From assembly GCA_963707695.1 (NCBI GenBank), contig CAVPQY010000005.1, forward strand, positions 100,050-164,049: DNA of 64,000 bases, in the 5' to 3' direction. How positions within the stretch are numbered: position 1 is the stretch's first letter; each line of letters begins with the position of its first letter. Origin of the DNA: an uncultured Actinomycetes bacterium. Lineage in GTDB: Bacteria; Actinomycetota; Thermoleophilia; Solirubrobacterales; Solirubrobacteraceae. Of this stretch, positions 48,851-57,288 are shown piece by piece. The notes under the pieces are model-generated. The model did no database searches, was not told where the DNA came from, and was given only the letters and a program-made list of their open reading frames with translations. Position numbers and translations under genes: made by a program.

Positions 48851-49483
48851 ATGCTCTTCTCGCGCGACAAGGAGCGCTCCGCGGCCACGCTTCCGGGCCG
48901 CGACGCCTCGCCGTTCCCGATCCCGGAGCGCCACGCCGTCCTCGGCACGCCGCTCCAGCCGCCGTTCCCCGAGGGGCTCGAGGTCGCGTACTTCGCCCTC
49001 GGGTGCTTCTGGGGGGCCGAGCGCCTCTTCTGGCGCCTGGACGGCGTCTACTCGACCGCAGTCGGCTACGCCGGCGGCCGCACGCCGTTCCCCACCTACC
49101 GGGAGACGTGCACCGGCCGCACGGACCACACGGAGACCGTGCAGGTCGTCTACGACCCGGCCAAGATCTCCTACGCCGACCTGCTGAAGGTCTTCTGGGA
49201 GGAGCACGACCCGACCCAGGGCGACCGGCAGGGCAACGACGTCGGCACGCAGTACCGCTCGGCGATCTTCACGACGACCGAGGCGCAGGCCGCCGACGTC
49301 GAGCGCACCCGCGCCGCCTTCGAGGAAGGGCTGCGCGCCGCCGGGCACGGGTCGATCACGACCGAGGTCGCCCCGGCCGGCCCGTTCTACTACGCCGAGG
49401 CCGACCACCAGCAGTACCTCCACAAGGTGCCCCACGGCTACTGCGGCCTGAAGGGCACCGGCGTCAGCTGCGCGATCGCCTAG
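48851..49483 (+). CDS. msrA: Peptide-methionine (S)-S-oxide reductase
   Basis: Part of track ORF 47942..49483 from ATG 48851. It reads [51 protein letters not shown] and HQQYL. Confidence 0.9.
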   Translation: MLFSRDKERSAATLPGRDASPFPIPERHAVLGTPLQPPFPEGLEVAYFALGCFWGAERLFWRLDGVYSTAVGYAGGRTPFPTYRETCTGRTDHTETVQVVYDPAKISYADLLKVFWEEHDPTQGDRQGNDVGTQYRSAIFTTTEAQAADVERTRAAFEEGLRAAGHGSITTEVAPAGPFYYAEADHQQYLHKVPHGYCGLKGTGVSCAIA

Positions 49484-49502
49484 CGGCGGGGAGGCGCCCG
49501 GA

Positions 49503-50396
49503 CTAGGCCCGGCAGCGCAGCGTCCCGCGGTCGAGCGTCCGCCCGGCCGCGCCGACGAAGGCCCAGCGGGCTCTCCCGCGCCGCAGCTGCAGCCGCAGCG
49601 CGCCGTACGTCGAGTCGTTCCCGAACGCCAGCCGGCGGTCGTCGCGCAGCGGGTAGAGGCCGCGGCCGCCGGCGCCGGAGACGAACTGCGTCAGCCCGCC
49701 GGAGGGCCGGAAGCGCTGCAGGTCGTGGTCGTGCCCGCTGAGGACGATCGTCGCGTGACCGCGCAGCGCGTCCCAGAGCGGGGCCATGTCGGCCTGGTCG
49801 CCGTGCAGCCCGGCGCTGAGGCGCGCGCGGTGCCAGAACGCGATCCGGCACGTGCCGCGATCCCGCAGCTGGCGCCGCAGCCAGCGCTCCTGCGGCGAGC
49901 CCCGGTCGTGCGCGGCCTCGGAGTCGAGCGCCAGCAGCGTCCACCCGCCCGCCGAGAAGCGGTACCAGTCCGGCGGCGTCCGGCCGTGCACCCGCCGCCA
50001 GTAGGGGTCGTAGCCCGAGCGCTGGCTGCGCGCGTCGTGGTTGCCCGGCACGGGCGCGGTGATCCGCGCCAGGCGCCCGTAGCTCGGCGCGTAGCCCGTC
50101 CGGAACTCCGCGGCCGTCCCGCTCTCGTAGACGTCGCCGAGGTAGAGGAAGCGGTCCGGCCGCCCGCGCGCGATGCGCGCCGCGACAGCGCGCCCGTCCG
50201 CGCGGGCGTCGCCGTCGCCGACCGCCCAGACCGTCGCCGTCGCCCCCGGGACCGATCGCACGAACGGCCCGCCGCCCGAGCCCGGGACCCGGTCGCCGGA
50301 GCCGCCTCCGAGGCGGCCGCTCGCGACGGCCACGGCGGCGAGGACCACGACGAGCAGGGCGGTGAGCGCGACGAGGACCGGGTGCCGGCGGGCCAT
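49503..50396 (-). CDS. Calcineurin-like metallophosphoesterase, membrane-anchored/secreted
   Basis: Track ORF 49503..50396. The anchor is VLVALTALLVVVLAAVAVA. It reads WAVGDGD, YLGDVYE, PGNHD, FWHRA and SGHDHDLQR. Confidence 0.8.
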   Translation of the reverse strand: MARRHPVLVALTALLVVVLAAVAVASGRLGGGSGDRVPGSGGGPFVRSVPGATATVWAVGDGDARADGRAVAARIARGRPDRFLYLGDVYESGTAAEFRTGYAPSYGRLARITAPVPGNHDARSQRSGYDPYWRRVHGRTPPDWYRFSAGGWTLLALDSEAAHDRGSPQERWLRRQLRDRGTCRIAFWHRARLSAGLHGDQADMAPLWDALRGHATIVLSGHDHDLQRFRPSGGLTQFVSGAGGRGLYPLRDDRRLAFGNDSTYGALRLQLRRGRARWAFVGAAGRTLDRGTLRCRA

Positions 50397-50434
50397 CGCG
50401 CGGAGTCTGGCAGCCGGGCGGACGGGCCGTGGCG

Positions 50435-50677
50435 CTAGCGGTCGAGCAGGTGGTCGAGGCTCGGCTGCGCCGGATCGGCGGCCGGTCCCGGCACCCCGGC
50501 CGCTCGCCAGTGGAACGTCACGTCGGCGGCCTTGACGGTCGTGGCGCGCAGCCCCGGCTCGAGCGGCTGGACCTGGAAGCCGCCGGGCACGCGCCCGCGG
50601 ACGAGGGCGTGGAAGACGCGCCCGCGCCGCGCGACGCGGACGACGTCCTGCGGGTGGATGTCCTCGTGCGCGGCCAC
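50435..50677 (-). CDS. Hypothetical small protein downstream of the FAH-family gene
   Basis: Tail of track ORF 50435..51067 from GTG 50677 (VAAHEDIHPQDVVRVARRGRVFHALVRGRVPGGFQVQPLEPGLRATTVKAADVTFHW...). It begins 14 nt after the FAH stop. There is no SD and I recognise no family. Confidence 0.3.
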   Translation of the reverse strand: MAAHEDIHPQDVVRVARRGRVFHALVRGRVPGGFQVQPLEPGLRATTVKAADVTFHWRAAGVPGPAADPAQPSLDHLLDR

Positions 50678-50691
50678 GGCGGCCGCAGAGG

Positions 50692-51579
50692 CTACCCGGC
50701 GCGGTCGGCGTCGCCCGTGCTCGCGCGGGTGGCGGCCGCCTCGCGCTCCGCCTCGTCCTCGGGCATCGCGAGCGCCACGTGCAGCGTGGCGGCGGTCACC
50801 CGCGGCTGCTCGCCCACGGGCTCGAGGTCGCGGTCGAGCTCCACGACGGGGTTGCTCAGGCGGCCGATGCCCTCGATCTCGACGTCGACGACCTGGCCCG
50901 GCTGGACGGGGCGCGAGCGGGCCGGGGTGCCGGTCAGCAGGACGTCGCCGGGCTCGAGCGTCATGAGCCGCGCCGCGTCGGCGACCTGGTAGGCGGCGCT
51001 GAAGACGAGGTCGGTGCCCGTGTGCGCCTCCTGGACGAGCTCGCCGTCGACGTAGGTCCGCAGCCACAGGTCGTCGGGATCGACGTCCTGCGCGTCGACG
51101 AGCACCGGGCCCAGCGGGCAGAAGCCGTCCTGGCCCTTGACGCGCAGCATCGCCCCGCGGTCGGCGTGGCGGAAGTCGTGGACGCCCCAGTCGTTGGCGA
51201 CGGTGTAGCCGCGGACGTAGCGCAGCGCGTCGGCGACGGAGGTCCCCAGGCAGCGCTCGCCGATGACGACGGCCAGCTCACCCTCGTAGTTCAGGAAGCG
51301 GCAGCCCCGGGGCCGCGCCACGGGCGCGCGGTGGGCGCTCACCGACGACGGCGGCTTGAGGAAGAAGGCGGGCGCCTCGAGCGGGTGCGCCATCGCGTAC
51401 TCCTCCATGCGGGAGCGGTAGCTGAGGTGCGTCGCCACGATCTTCGACGGCGGGGGCACGGCGGGCAGCCAGACGGCGCCGGCGGTCGCCACCGTGCGCC
51501 CGTCCGGCAGCGTGATGACGTCGCCGTCGACCGTGCCCTCGACGGCCTGCCCGTCCACCTCGATCCGCGCGTGCCTCAC
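50692..51579 (-). CDS. Fumarylacetoacetate hydrolase (FAH)-family enzyme (HpaG / oxo-acid decarboxylase-isomerase-hydratase-like)
   Basis: C-terminal 295 aa of track ORF 50692..52518 from GTG 51579 (GTGA overlap with the upstream stop). It reads KIVATHLSYRS, FFLKPPSSV, LNYEGELAVVIG, GYTVANDWGVHDF, KGQDGFCPLGP and GDVLLTGTP. Confidence 0.8.
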   Translation of the reverse strand: MRHARIEVDGQAVEGTVDGDVITLPDGRTVATAGAVWLPAVPPPSKIVATHLSYRSRMEEYAMAHPLEAPAFFLKPPSSVSAHRAPVARPRGCRFLNYEGELAVVIGERCLGTSVADALRYVRGYTVANDWGVHDFRHADRGAMLRVKGQDGFCPLGPVLVDAQDVDPDDLWLRTYVDGELVQEAHTGTDLVFSAAYQVADAARLMTLEPGDVLLTGTPARSRPVQPGQVVDVEIEGIGRLSNPVVELDRDLEPVGEQPRVTAATLHVALAMPEDEAEREAAATRASTGDADRAG

Positions 51580-52385
51580 GGCCGCATCGCCTCCTTGTCG
51601 TGCTGGGCGACGACCTCGCCGCCGTCCACCGTGTACCCGAAGGAGAAGCGGAAGCCCTTGAGCACCTCGTGGGGCGCGATCGCCTGCAGGTCCTCGAGCG
51701 TGTCGTCGTAGAGCCGCAGCTCCGCGCTGCCCTCCCAGACCTCGGTCGCCTCGCGGTCGGTCCCGCCGGCCCGGACGAGCTCGGCCACGGCCGGCACGAC
51801 GCCGTCGTAGGCCGGGAAGTGGCGGGTGTTGTGCATGGGCGGGTCGTTGACGGTGGGGCCGGTCTCCGACACGCGCTCGAGCGTCACGACCGCGCGCGCC
51901 ACCTGCCGGTCGTTCGCGGCGCAGGTCGCCCCGAAGCGCGCGCCCGCGGCCATGCCGTGCGGCGCCGCCCTCCCCACCGGGAAGGTCCGCGTGACGTGGA
52001 TCGAGCCGAGCTTCTTCGGGAAGCCCTGGATCCAGCCGCGGTACATCGCGAAGTCCTTGTCGACCCAGATGTAGACGCACCGGCTGACCGGCTGACCGCG
52101 GAACGTGGCCCCGACCACGAGGAAGAACTCCTTGTACTGGCTCTGGATCGGGTCGACGAGCTCGTGGAAGTCGCCGCTGCACGACTGCCAGTCGGCGAAG
52201 ATCGCGGCGACCGCGCCCGCGTCGGCGGCGGGCTCGAGCTCGGGCGGCAGCAGCGCGGCGACCGCGGCCGGGTCGGTGCGGTACTCGACGATGAGGAAGT
52301 CGCCCGAGTAGTGCCACGGCGGCGGCGGGACGAGGCTCGCGCGGCCATCGGGGGAGAGGGGTGCGGTGTAGCCCTTGGGCGGCAT
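51576..52385 (-). CDS. Acetoacetate decarboxylase (ADC)-family protein
   Basis: Track ORF 51576..52637 trimmed to ATG 52385. It reads PKGYTAPLSPDGRASLVPPPPWHYSGDFLIVEYRTDPAAVAALLP, EFFLVVGATFRG, YIWVDKDFAMYRGWIQGFPKKLG and GFRFSFGYTV. Confidence 0.7.
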   Translation of the reverse strand: MPPKGYTAPLSPDGRASLVPPPPWHYSGDFLIVEYRTDPAAVAALLPPELEPAADAGAVAAIFADWQSCSGDFHELVDPIQSQYKEFFLVVGATFRGQPVSRCVYIWVDKDFAMYRGWIQGFPKKLGSIHVTRTFPVGRAAPHGMAAGARFGATCAANDRQVARAVVTLERVSETGPTVNDPPMHNTRHFPAYDGVVPAVAELVRAGGTDREATEVWEGSAELRLYDDTLEDLQAIAPHEVLKGFRFSFGYTVDGGEVVAQHDKEAMRP

Positions 52386-52460
52386 GGTCAGCGGGCCACG
52401 ATGACCGACTCGGGCGCGGCGCGCGTCCGGCCCTCCCCGACCTTGACCGCCATGCAGGAA

Positions 52461-52475
52461 TGGATACATTATCCA
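52461..52475. promoter_or_regulatory. Operator-like perfect palindrome TGGATA-CAT-TATCCA (copy 2), overlapping a -10-like CATTAT
   Basis: It lies in the 147-nt divergent gap between the ADC-like/FAH operon and the ferredoxin gene. TTGACC-N18-CATTAT is readable in the + orientation. The sequence and orientation are identical to the copy at 37553-37567. Confidence 0.6.
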
Positions 52476-52532
52476 AAGACCGTCCGCAACCGGGCCGCCC
52501 CGGCCCACCGCGGGCCACCGGAAGGGAGCCTG

Positions 52533-52727
52533 ATGGCGCTGAAGGTCGACGTCGACATGGACCTCTGCCAGTCGCACGGCGAGTGCGTGTTCGCCGCGCC
52601 GGAGGTGTTCGAGCTCGACGACGACGACCAGCTGCACTGGGTCGCCGAGCCCGACGAGTCGCTGCGCGAGAAGGTCCAGCAGGCCGAGAAGGTCTGCCCC
52701 GTCTCCGCCATTCGGGTCACCGGGTAG
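52533..52727 (+). CDS. Small [3Fe-4S]-type ferredoxin (P450 redox-partner type)
   Basis: Tail of track ORF 51600..52727 from ATG 52533 (GGAAGGGAG upstream). It reads MALKVDVDMDLCQSHGECVFAAPEVFELDDDDQ...KVCPVSAIRV (CxxHxxC...CP pattern). Confidence 0.8.
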   Translation: MALKVDVDMDLCQSHGECVFAAPEVFELDDDDQLHWVAEPDESLREKVQQAEKVCPVSAIRVTG

Positions 52728-52738
52728 CCTCCGGCGCC

Positions 52739-53965
52739 ATGGACCGCGTCGTCGTCGTCGGCGCGTCGCTCGCGGGTCTGCGCGCCGCCGAGGCGGTGCG
52801 CGAGCAGGGCCACGAGGGGGCGCTCGTGGTCGTGGGCGACGAGCCCCACGCGCCCTACACGCGTCCGCCGCTCTCCAAGCAGCTCCTCGCCGGCGCGTGG
52901 GAGCGCGAGAAGGTCGACCTGCGCTGGCGCGAGGTCGAGGCCGAGTGGCGCCTCGGCGTCGGGGCGACCGGCCTGGACGCCGCGCGCCGCCGCGTGGCGC
53001 TCGCCGACGGCGACGAGGTCCCCTACGACGGGCTCGTGGTCGCCACCGGGGCGCGGCCGCGGCCGTGGCCGGGCGCCCACGCGCCGCCCGACGGGGTCTT
53101 CACCCTGCGCGGCGTCGACGACGCGCTCGCGCTGCGCGACGCGCTCGGGACGGCGGGCCGGATCGTCATCGTCGGGGCGGGCTTCATCGGCTGCGAGGTG
53201 GCCGCCACCGCGCGGGCCCGCGGGGTGGACGTCGTCCTCTGCGACGTCGCGGCCACGCCCATGGCGGTGCTCGGGCCCGAGCTCGGCGCCGCGTGCGCCG
53301 CGCTCCAGCTCGACCACGGCGTGGAGCTCGCCCTCGGGCGCGGCGTGGAGCGCTTCGAGGCCGACGGCGCCGGCCGGCTCGCGCGCGTCGTGCTGGCCGA
53401 CGGCGCCGCCGTCGAGGCGGAGGTCGCGCTCGTCGCGCTCGGCGCGCTGCCGAACGTCGGCTGGCTCGACGGCTCGGGCCTCGACGTCTCGCAGGGCCTC
53501 GTGTGCGACGTCCACTGCGCGGCGGTCGGCCACCCGGAGGTCGTCGGCGCCGGCGACGTCGCCGCCTGGCCGCACCCCCTCGCCGGAGGCGACCTCGTCC
53601 GCGTCGAGCACTGGAGCAACGCCGCCGAGCAGGGCACGCTGGCGGGGGCGAACCTCCTGCGCGCGCCGGCCGACCGCGAGCCGTACGACGCGGTGCCCGC
53701 GTTCTGGTCGGACCAGTACGACGTCAAGGTCCAGTCCGTCGGCTTCCCCACGCACGCCGAGCGCGTCCGGGTGCTCGAGGGCTCGATCGCCGAGCGCCGC
53801 TTCGTCGCCGCCGGGGAGCGCGACGGGCGCGTGATCGCCGCGATCGGCTTCAACGCCGCCCGCCGCATGCCCGCCTACCGGCGCCACATCGCCGAGCGGG
53901 CGTCCTTCGACGACCTCGTCGCCGCGCTGGCCGACGACGAGCGCGCCCTGCCCGTCGCCGGCTGA
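52739..53965 (+). CDS. FAD-dependent ferredoxin-NAD(P)+ reductase (putidaredoxin-reductase-like)
   Basis: Track ORF 52361..53965 from ATG 52739. It reads RVVVVGASLAGLRAAEAVR, PYTRPPLSK, IVIVGAGFIGCEVAATAR, GAGDVAAW, VEHWSNA and FWSDQYD. Confidence 0.85.
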   Translation: MDRVVVVGASLAGLRAAEAVREQGHEGALVVVGDEPHAPYTRPPLSKQLLAGAWEREKVDLRWREVEAEWRLGVGATGLDAARRRVALADGDEVPYDGLVVATGARPRPWPGAHAPPDGVFTLRGVDDALALRDALGTAGRIVIVGAGFIGCEVAATARARGVDVVLCDVAATPMAVLGPELGAACAALQLDHGVELALGRGVERFEADGAGRLARVVLADGAAVEAEVALVALGALPNVGWLDGSGLDVSQGLVCDVHCAAVGHPEVVGAGDVAAWPHPLAGGDLVRVEHWSNAAEQGTLAGANLLRAPADREPYDAVPAFWSDQYDVKVQSVGFPTHAERVRVLEGSIAERRFVAAGERDGRVIAAIGFNAARRMPAYRRHIAERASFDDLVAALADDERALPVAG

Positions 53966-53975
53966 AGGGGCGCGG

Positions 53976-54761
53976 ATGGCCGGCGACGAGCGCGTGGTGA
54001 CGGCCCGTGGCCGCGCCGTGCCGCGGATCGGCCTGGGAACCTGGCAGCTCCACGGCCGGGCGGCCCGCGACGGGGTGGCCGACGCGCTCGCCCTCGGCTA
54101 CCGCCACCTCGACACGGCGTCGATGTACGGCAACGAGGAGGAGGTCGGTGCGGGGCTGCGCGCGAGCGGGGTCGACCGCGACGAGGTCTGGATCACGACG
54201 AAGGTCTGGCGCACCGACCTCGCGCCGGCCCGGCTGCGGGCCAGCGCGGAGGCCTCGCGGCGGCGCCTCGGCGTCGAGCGGATCGACCTGCTGCTGGTGC
54301 ACTGGCCCGACGGCGCCGGCACGTGGCGCGCCGGCCTGGAGGAGCTCGCGGCGCTGCGCGAGGAGGGCGTCATCGCCGAGCTCGGCGTGAGCAACTTCGA
54401 CGCGTCGCTGCTGGAGGAGGCGCTCGTCCGCGCGCCGGTCTTCGCCGACCAGGTCGAGCACCACGTCGGGCGGCGCCAGGACGCCCTCGAGGGCCTCGCG
54501 GCCGACCGCGACCTGGTCCTGACGGCGTACTCGCCGCTGGGGCAGGGCGGCCTGCTGCGCGACCCCGTGCTGAACGAGGTCGCCGCCGCCCACGGCGTGT
54601 CGCCCGCCCAGGTGGCGCTGCGCTGGCTCGTCGAGCAGGACCGCTGGACGGCGATCCCGCGATCGTCCTCGCACGAGCGCCGCGGCGAGGACCTCGACGT
54701 CTTCTCGTTCGTGCTGTCGGCCGAGGAGCGTGCGCGGCTGGAGCGGGTCGTCGCGCCGTGA
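53976..54761 (+). CDS. Aldo/keto reductase
   Basis: Track ORF 53976..54761. It reads GLGTWQL, GYRHLDTASMYGNEEEVG, WITTKVW, IDLLLVHWP, GVSNF, AYSPLGQG and LRWLVEQ...IPRSS. Confidence 0.85.
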   Translation: MAGDERVVTARGRAVPRIGLGTWQLHGRAARDGVADALALGYRHLDTASMYGNEEEVGAGLRASGVDRDEVWITTKVWRTDLAPARLRASAEASRRRLGVERIDLLLVHWPDGAGTWRAGLEELAALREEGVIAELGVSNFDASLLEEALVRAPVFADQVEHHVGRRQDALEGLAADRDLVLTAYSPLGQGGLLRDPVLNEVAAAHGVSPAQVALRWLVEQDRWTAIPRSSSHERRGEDLDVFSFVLSAEERARLERVVAP

Positions 54762-55717
54762 GGCCCGCGGTCGCCCTCGTCGCGCTGCCGGCGGTCGCGG
54801 TGCTCGCCGTGGCGACCGGGCCGGCCGCCTCGCGGGCGAGCTCGCGCGTCGGCGGCTGCCCGCTCTTCCCGCGCTCCTCGCCCTGGCATCGGCGCGTGGA
54901 CCGGCTGCCCGTCCTGCCGGGCTCGGACCGCATGGTCGAAGCGGTCGGGCGCGACGCGCCGCTGCACGCCGACTTCGGCGCGGGCCGGGACGCGGGCGGC
55001 CCGATCGGCATCCCGTACGTCGTGGTGCCGCGGACCCAGCGCCGGGTCCCCGTGCGCTTCGGCGACGCGGACGAGTCCGACCGCGGGCCGTACCCGATCC
55101 CGCCCCGCGCCCCCGTCGAGGGCGGCCGCGCCGCGACGGGCGACCGCCACGTCGTCGTCGTCCAGCGAGGCACGTGCCGCCTCTTCGAGCTCTTCGACGC
55201 CCGGCCGGTCGGGGGCTCGGCGCATCCGCGTCGCTGGCGCGCCGGCTCCGGCGCGACGTGGTCGCTGCGCTCGACGAGGCTGCGCCCGTTCGGCTGGACC
55301 TCGGCCGACGCCGCCGGGCTGCCCATCCTCCCGGGCCTGGCGCGGTGGCCCGAGGTGCGCTCGGGCCGGATCGACCACGCCCTGCGCCTGACCGTGCCGC
55401 GCACCCGGCGCGCGGCGATCCTCCCGGCGCGGCACGTCGCCTCGGGCTCCGCCGACCCCGAGCTGCCGGCGATGGGCCAGCGGCTGCGCCTGAAGGCGTC
55501 GGTCGACCTGGCGCGGTTCCCGCGCCACGCGCGCGTCGTCCTGCGGGCGCTGCGCGAGTACGGCGGGATCGTGGCCGACAACGGCTCGGCCTGGTTCGTC
55601 TCCGGCGCGCCCGACCGCCACTGGGACGACGACGCGCTGCACGCGCTCTCGCGGCTGACGGGCGACGACCTCGAGGTCGTCGACACCGGGCACGCCGCCC
55701 GCACGCCACCGGCCTAG
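54758..55717 (+). CDS. Secreted conserved hypothetical protein
   Basis: Tail of track ORF 54323..55717 from GTG 54758 (GTGA overlap with the AKR stop). It has a signal-like N-terminus, then GIPYVVVPRTQRRVPVRFGDADESDRGPYPIP...GDRHVVVV...CRLFELF...FGWTSADAAGLPILPGL...IDHALRLTV...LRLKASV...YGGIVADNGSAWFVSGAPDRHWDD. I cannot name the function. Confidence 0.6.
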   Translation: MRPAVALVALPAVAVLAVATGPAASRASSRVGGCPLFPRSSPWHRRVDRLPVLPGSDRMVEAVGRDAPLHADFGAGRDAGGPIGIPYVVVPRTQRRVPVRFGDADESDRGPYPIPPRAPVEGGRAATGDRHVVVVQRGTCRLFELFDARPVGGSAHPRRWRAGSGATWSLRSTRLRPFGWTSADAAGLPILPGLARWPEVRSGRIDHALRLTVPRTRRAAILPARHVASGSADPELPAMGQRLRLKASVDLARFPRHARVVLRALREYGGIVADNGSAWFVSGAPDRHWDDDALHALSRLTGDDLEVVDTGHAARTPPA

Positions 55718-55764
55718 GCACCGGCCGGCGCCCGCGAGGGGCGCGGCCCCGTAGGCTCGCCCGC

Positions 55765-57288
55765 GTGCGCCGCCCGGTCGTCCTGCTCACCCTGCTGCTC
55801 GCGGCCGTCGTCGCGGCGCCCGCGACCGCCTCGGCGGCCGTCCCCGGCGCCGCGGCCGTCCGGCCGCTGCACGCCGTGCCGGACCCGGTGGCGGGCGGCC
55901 GGCTCGTGGACGACCGCGGGCGCGAGGTGCTCCTGCGCGGGGTCAACGTCAACGCCCTCGCCGAGTACTGGAAGGGCACGCCCTTCGCGACGACGTTCCC
56001 GCTCGCCCCGCAGGACCCGGCGCGGATGCGCCGCATCGGGTGGAACGCGGTGCGCCTGCTGGTCTCGTGGTCGCGCGTGGAGCCCGCCCCCGGCCGCTAC
56101 GACGAGCGCTACCTGGCCCTCGTCGCGCGGACGGCGCGCCGGCTGGGCCGCGAGGGGCTCGCCGTCGTCGTCGACGCGCACCAGGACGCGTGGGGCGCGT
56201 CGCTCGCCGCGCCGGCCGGGACGGCGTGCCCGCCGGGCTGGACGCCGGCGCTCGGCTGGGACGGGGCTCCGGCGTGGGCGACCGCGGACGGTGGCGCCTT
56301 GCGCTGCGACCCCGGCGTCCGGGAGGCGGTGCCCGCGGTCCTCGCCGCGTGGCGGGCCTTCTTCGCCGACCAGGGCGGCGTGCGGCGGCGGTTCGTGGCC
56401 ATGTGGGGCCATGTCGCTCGCCGCCTGCACGGCGTCGGCGCGGTCGTGGGCTACGACCTCCTCAACGAGCCCGGCGCGCTGGACCCCGCAGCCCAGCAGG
56501 CACTGTCCGGCGTCTACGCCGACGCGCTGGCCGCGATCCGCCGGGCGCCCGGCCCGCGGAAGCTCGTCCTGTTCGAGCCCTCGGTGGCCTGGTCGGCCAC
56601 GGGTCGCGGCGCGCCGCCCGCCTTCGCCCACGACGCCGACGTCGTCTACGCGCCCCACCTCTACACGGGCGGCTTCACGGCGAACGACCCGATCACCGCG
56701 GCCGCCTTCCAGGTGGCCCGCGACGAGGCGCGCGGCTTCGGCGGGGCGCCGGTGCTGTCGGGCGAGTGGGGGACCGGCCCCGAGCGGGCCGGCACGCCCG
56801 ACGACTACTTCGCCGCCCACCAGGCGCTGCAGGACCGCTTTCGGTTCTCGGCGACGCTCTGGACCTGGCGCGAGAGCTGCGGCGACCCGCACAAGGTCGG
56901 CGACCTCCGCGCCGGACGGGTGCCGGAGGTCTGGGGGCTCTTCGACGTCGACTGCCGCACGAACGCCGTCCGCGGCGTCCGCACGGCGCTCGCCCGGACC
57001 CTGACGCGCGGCTACGTCCGCGCCGCACCGGGGCGCCTGGCGAGCACGGCGTGGGATCCGGTCGCGCGGACGCTGCGCGGCGCGGGCGCCGGCGCGCGCC
57101 GGCGCGACGGCCACCTCGTCGCCTTCTGGCCCCGCGCGGGCGGCCCCGCGCCGCGCGTCCGGGCGCGCGGCCTGCGGTCCGTGCGGGTGCGCGGCGACCT
57201 CGTGCTCGCCCGCCCCCGCGGCGGCAGGTGGTCGCTCGTCGTCGGCCCGCGGGTCACCTCCGCGCGGGCGGCGTCCAGCGGGCGGTGA
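55765..57288 (+). CDS. Secreted glycoside hydrolase family 5 (cellulase/endoglycoceramidase-like)
   Basis: Tail of track ORF 54730..57288 from GTG 55765. The signal is VRRPVVLLTLLLAAVVAAPATASA. It reads LRGVNV, GWNAVRLLVSWSRVEP, VVVDAHQD, GYDLLNEP (acid/base Glu) and SGEWG (nucleophile Glu). Confidence 0.75.
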   Translation: MRRPVVLLTLLLAAVVAAPATASAAVPGAAAVRPLHAVPDPVAGGRLVDDRGREVLLRGVNVNALAEYWKGTPFATTFPLAPQDPARMRRIGWNAVRLLVSWSRVEPAPGRYDERYLALVARTARRLGREGLAVVVDAHQDAWGASLAAPAGTACPPGWTPALGWDGAPAWATADGGALRCDPGVREAVPAVLAAWRAFFADQGGVRRRFVAMWGHVARRLHGVGAVVGYDLLNEPGALDPAAQQALSGVYADALAAIRRAPGPRKLVLFEPSVAWSATGRGAPPAFAHDADVVYAPHLYTGGFTANDPITAAAFQVARDEARGFGGAPVLSGEWGTGPERAGTPDDYFAAHQALQDRFRFSATLWTWRESCGDPHKVGDLRAGRVPEVWGLFDVDCRTNAVRGVRTALARTLTRGYVRAAPGRLASTAWDPVARTLRGAGAGARRRDGHLVAFWPRAGGPAPRVRARGLRSVRVRGDLVLARPRGGRWSLVVGPRVTSARAASSGR

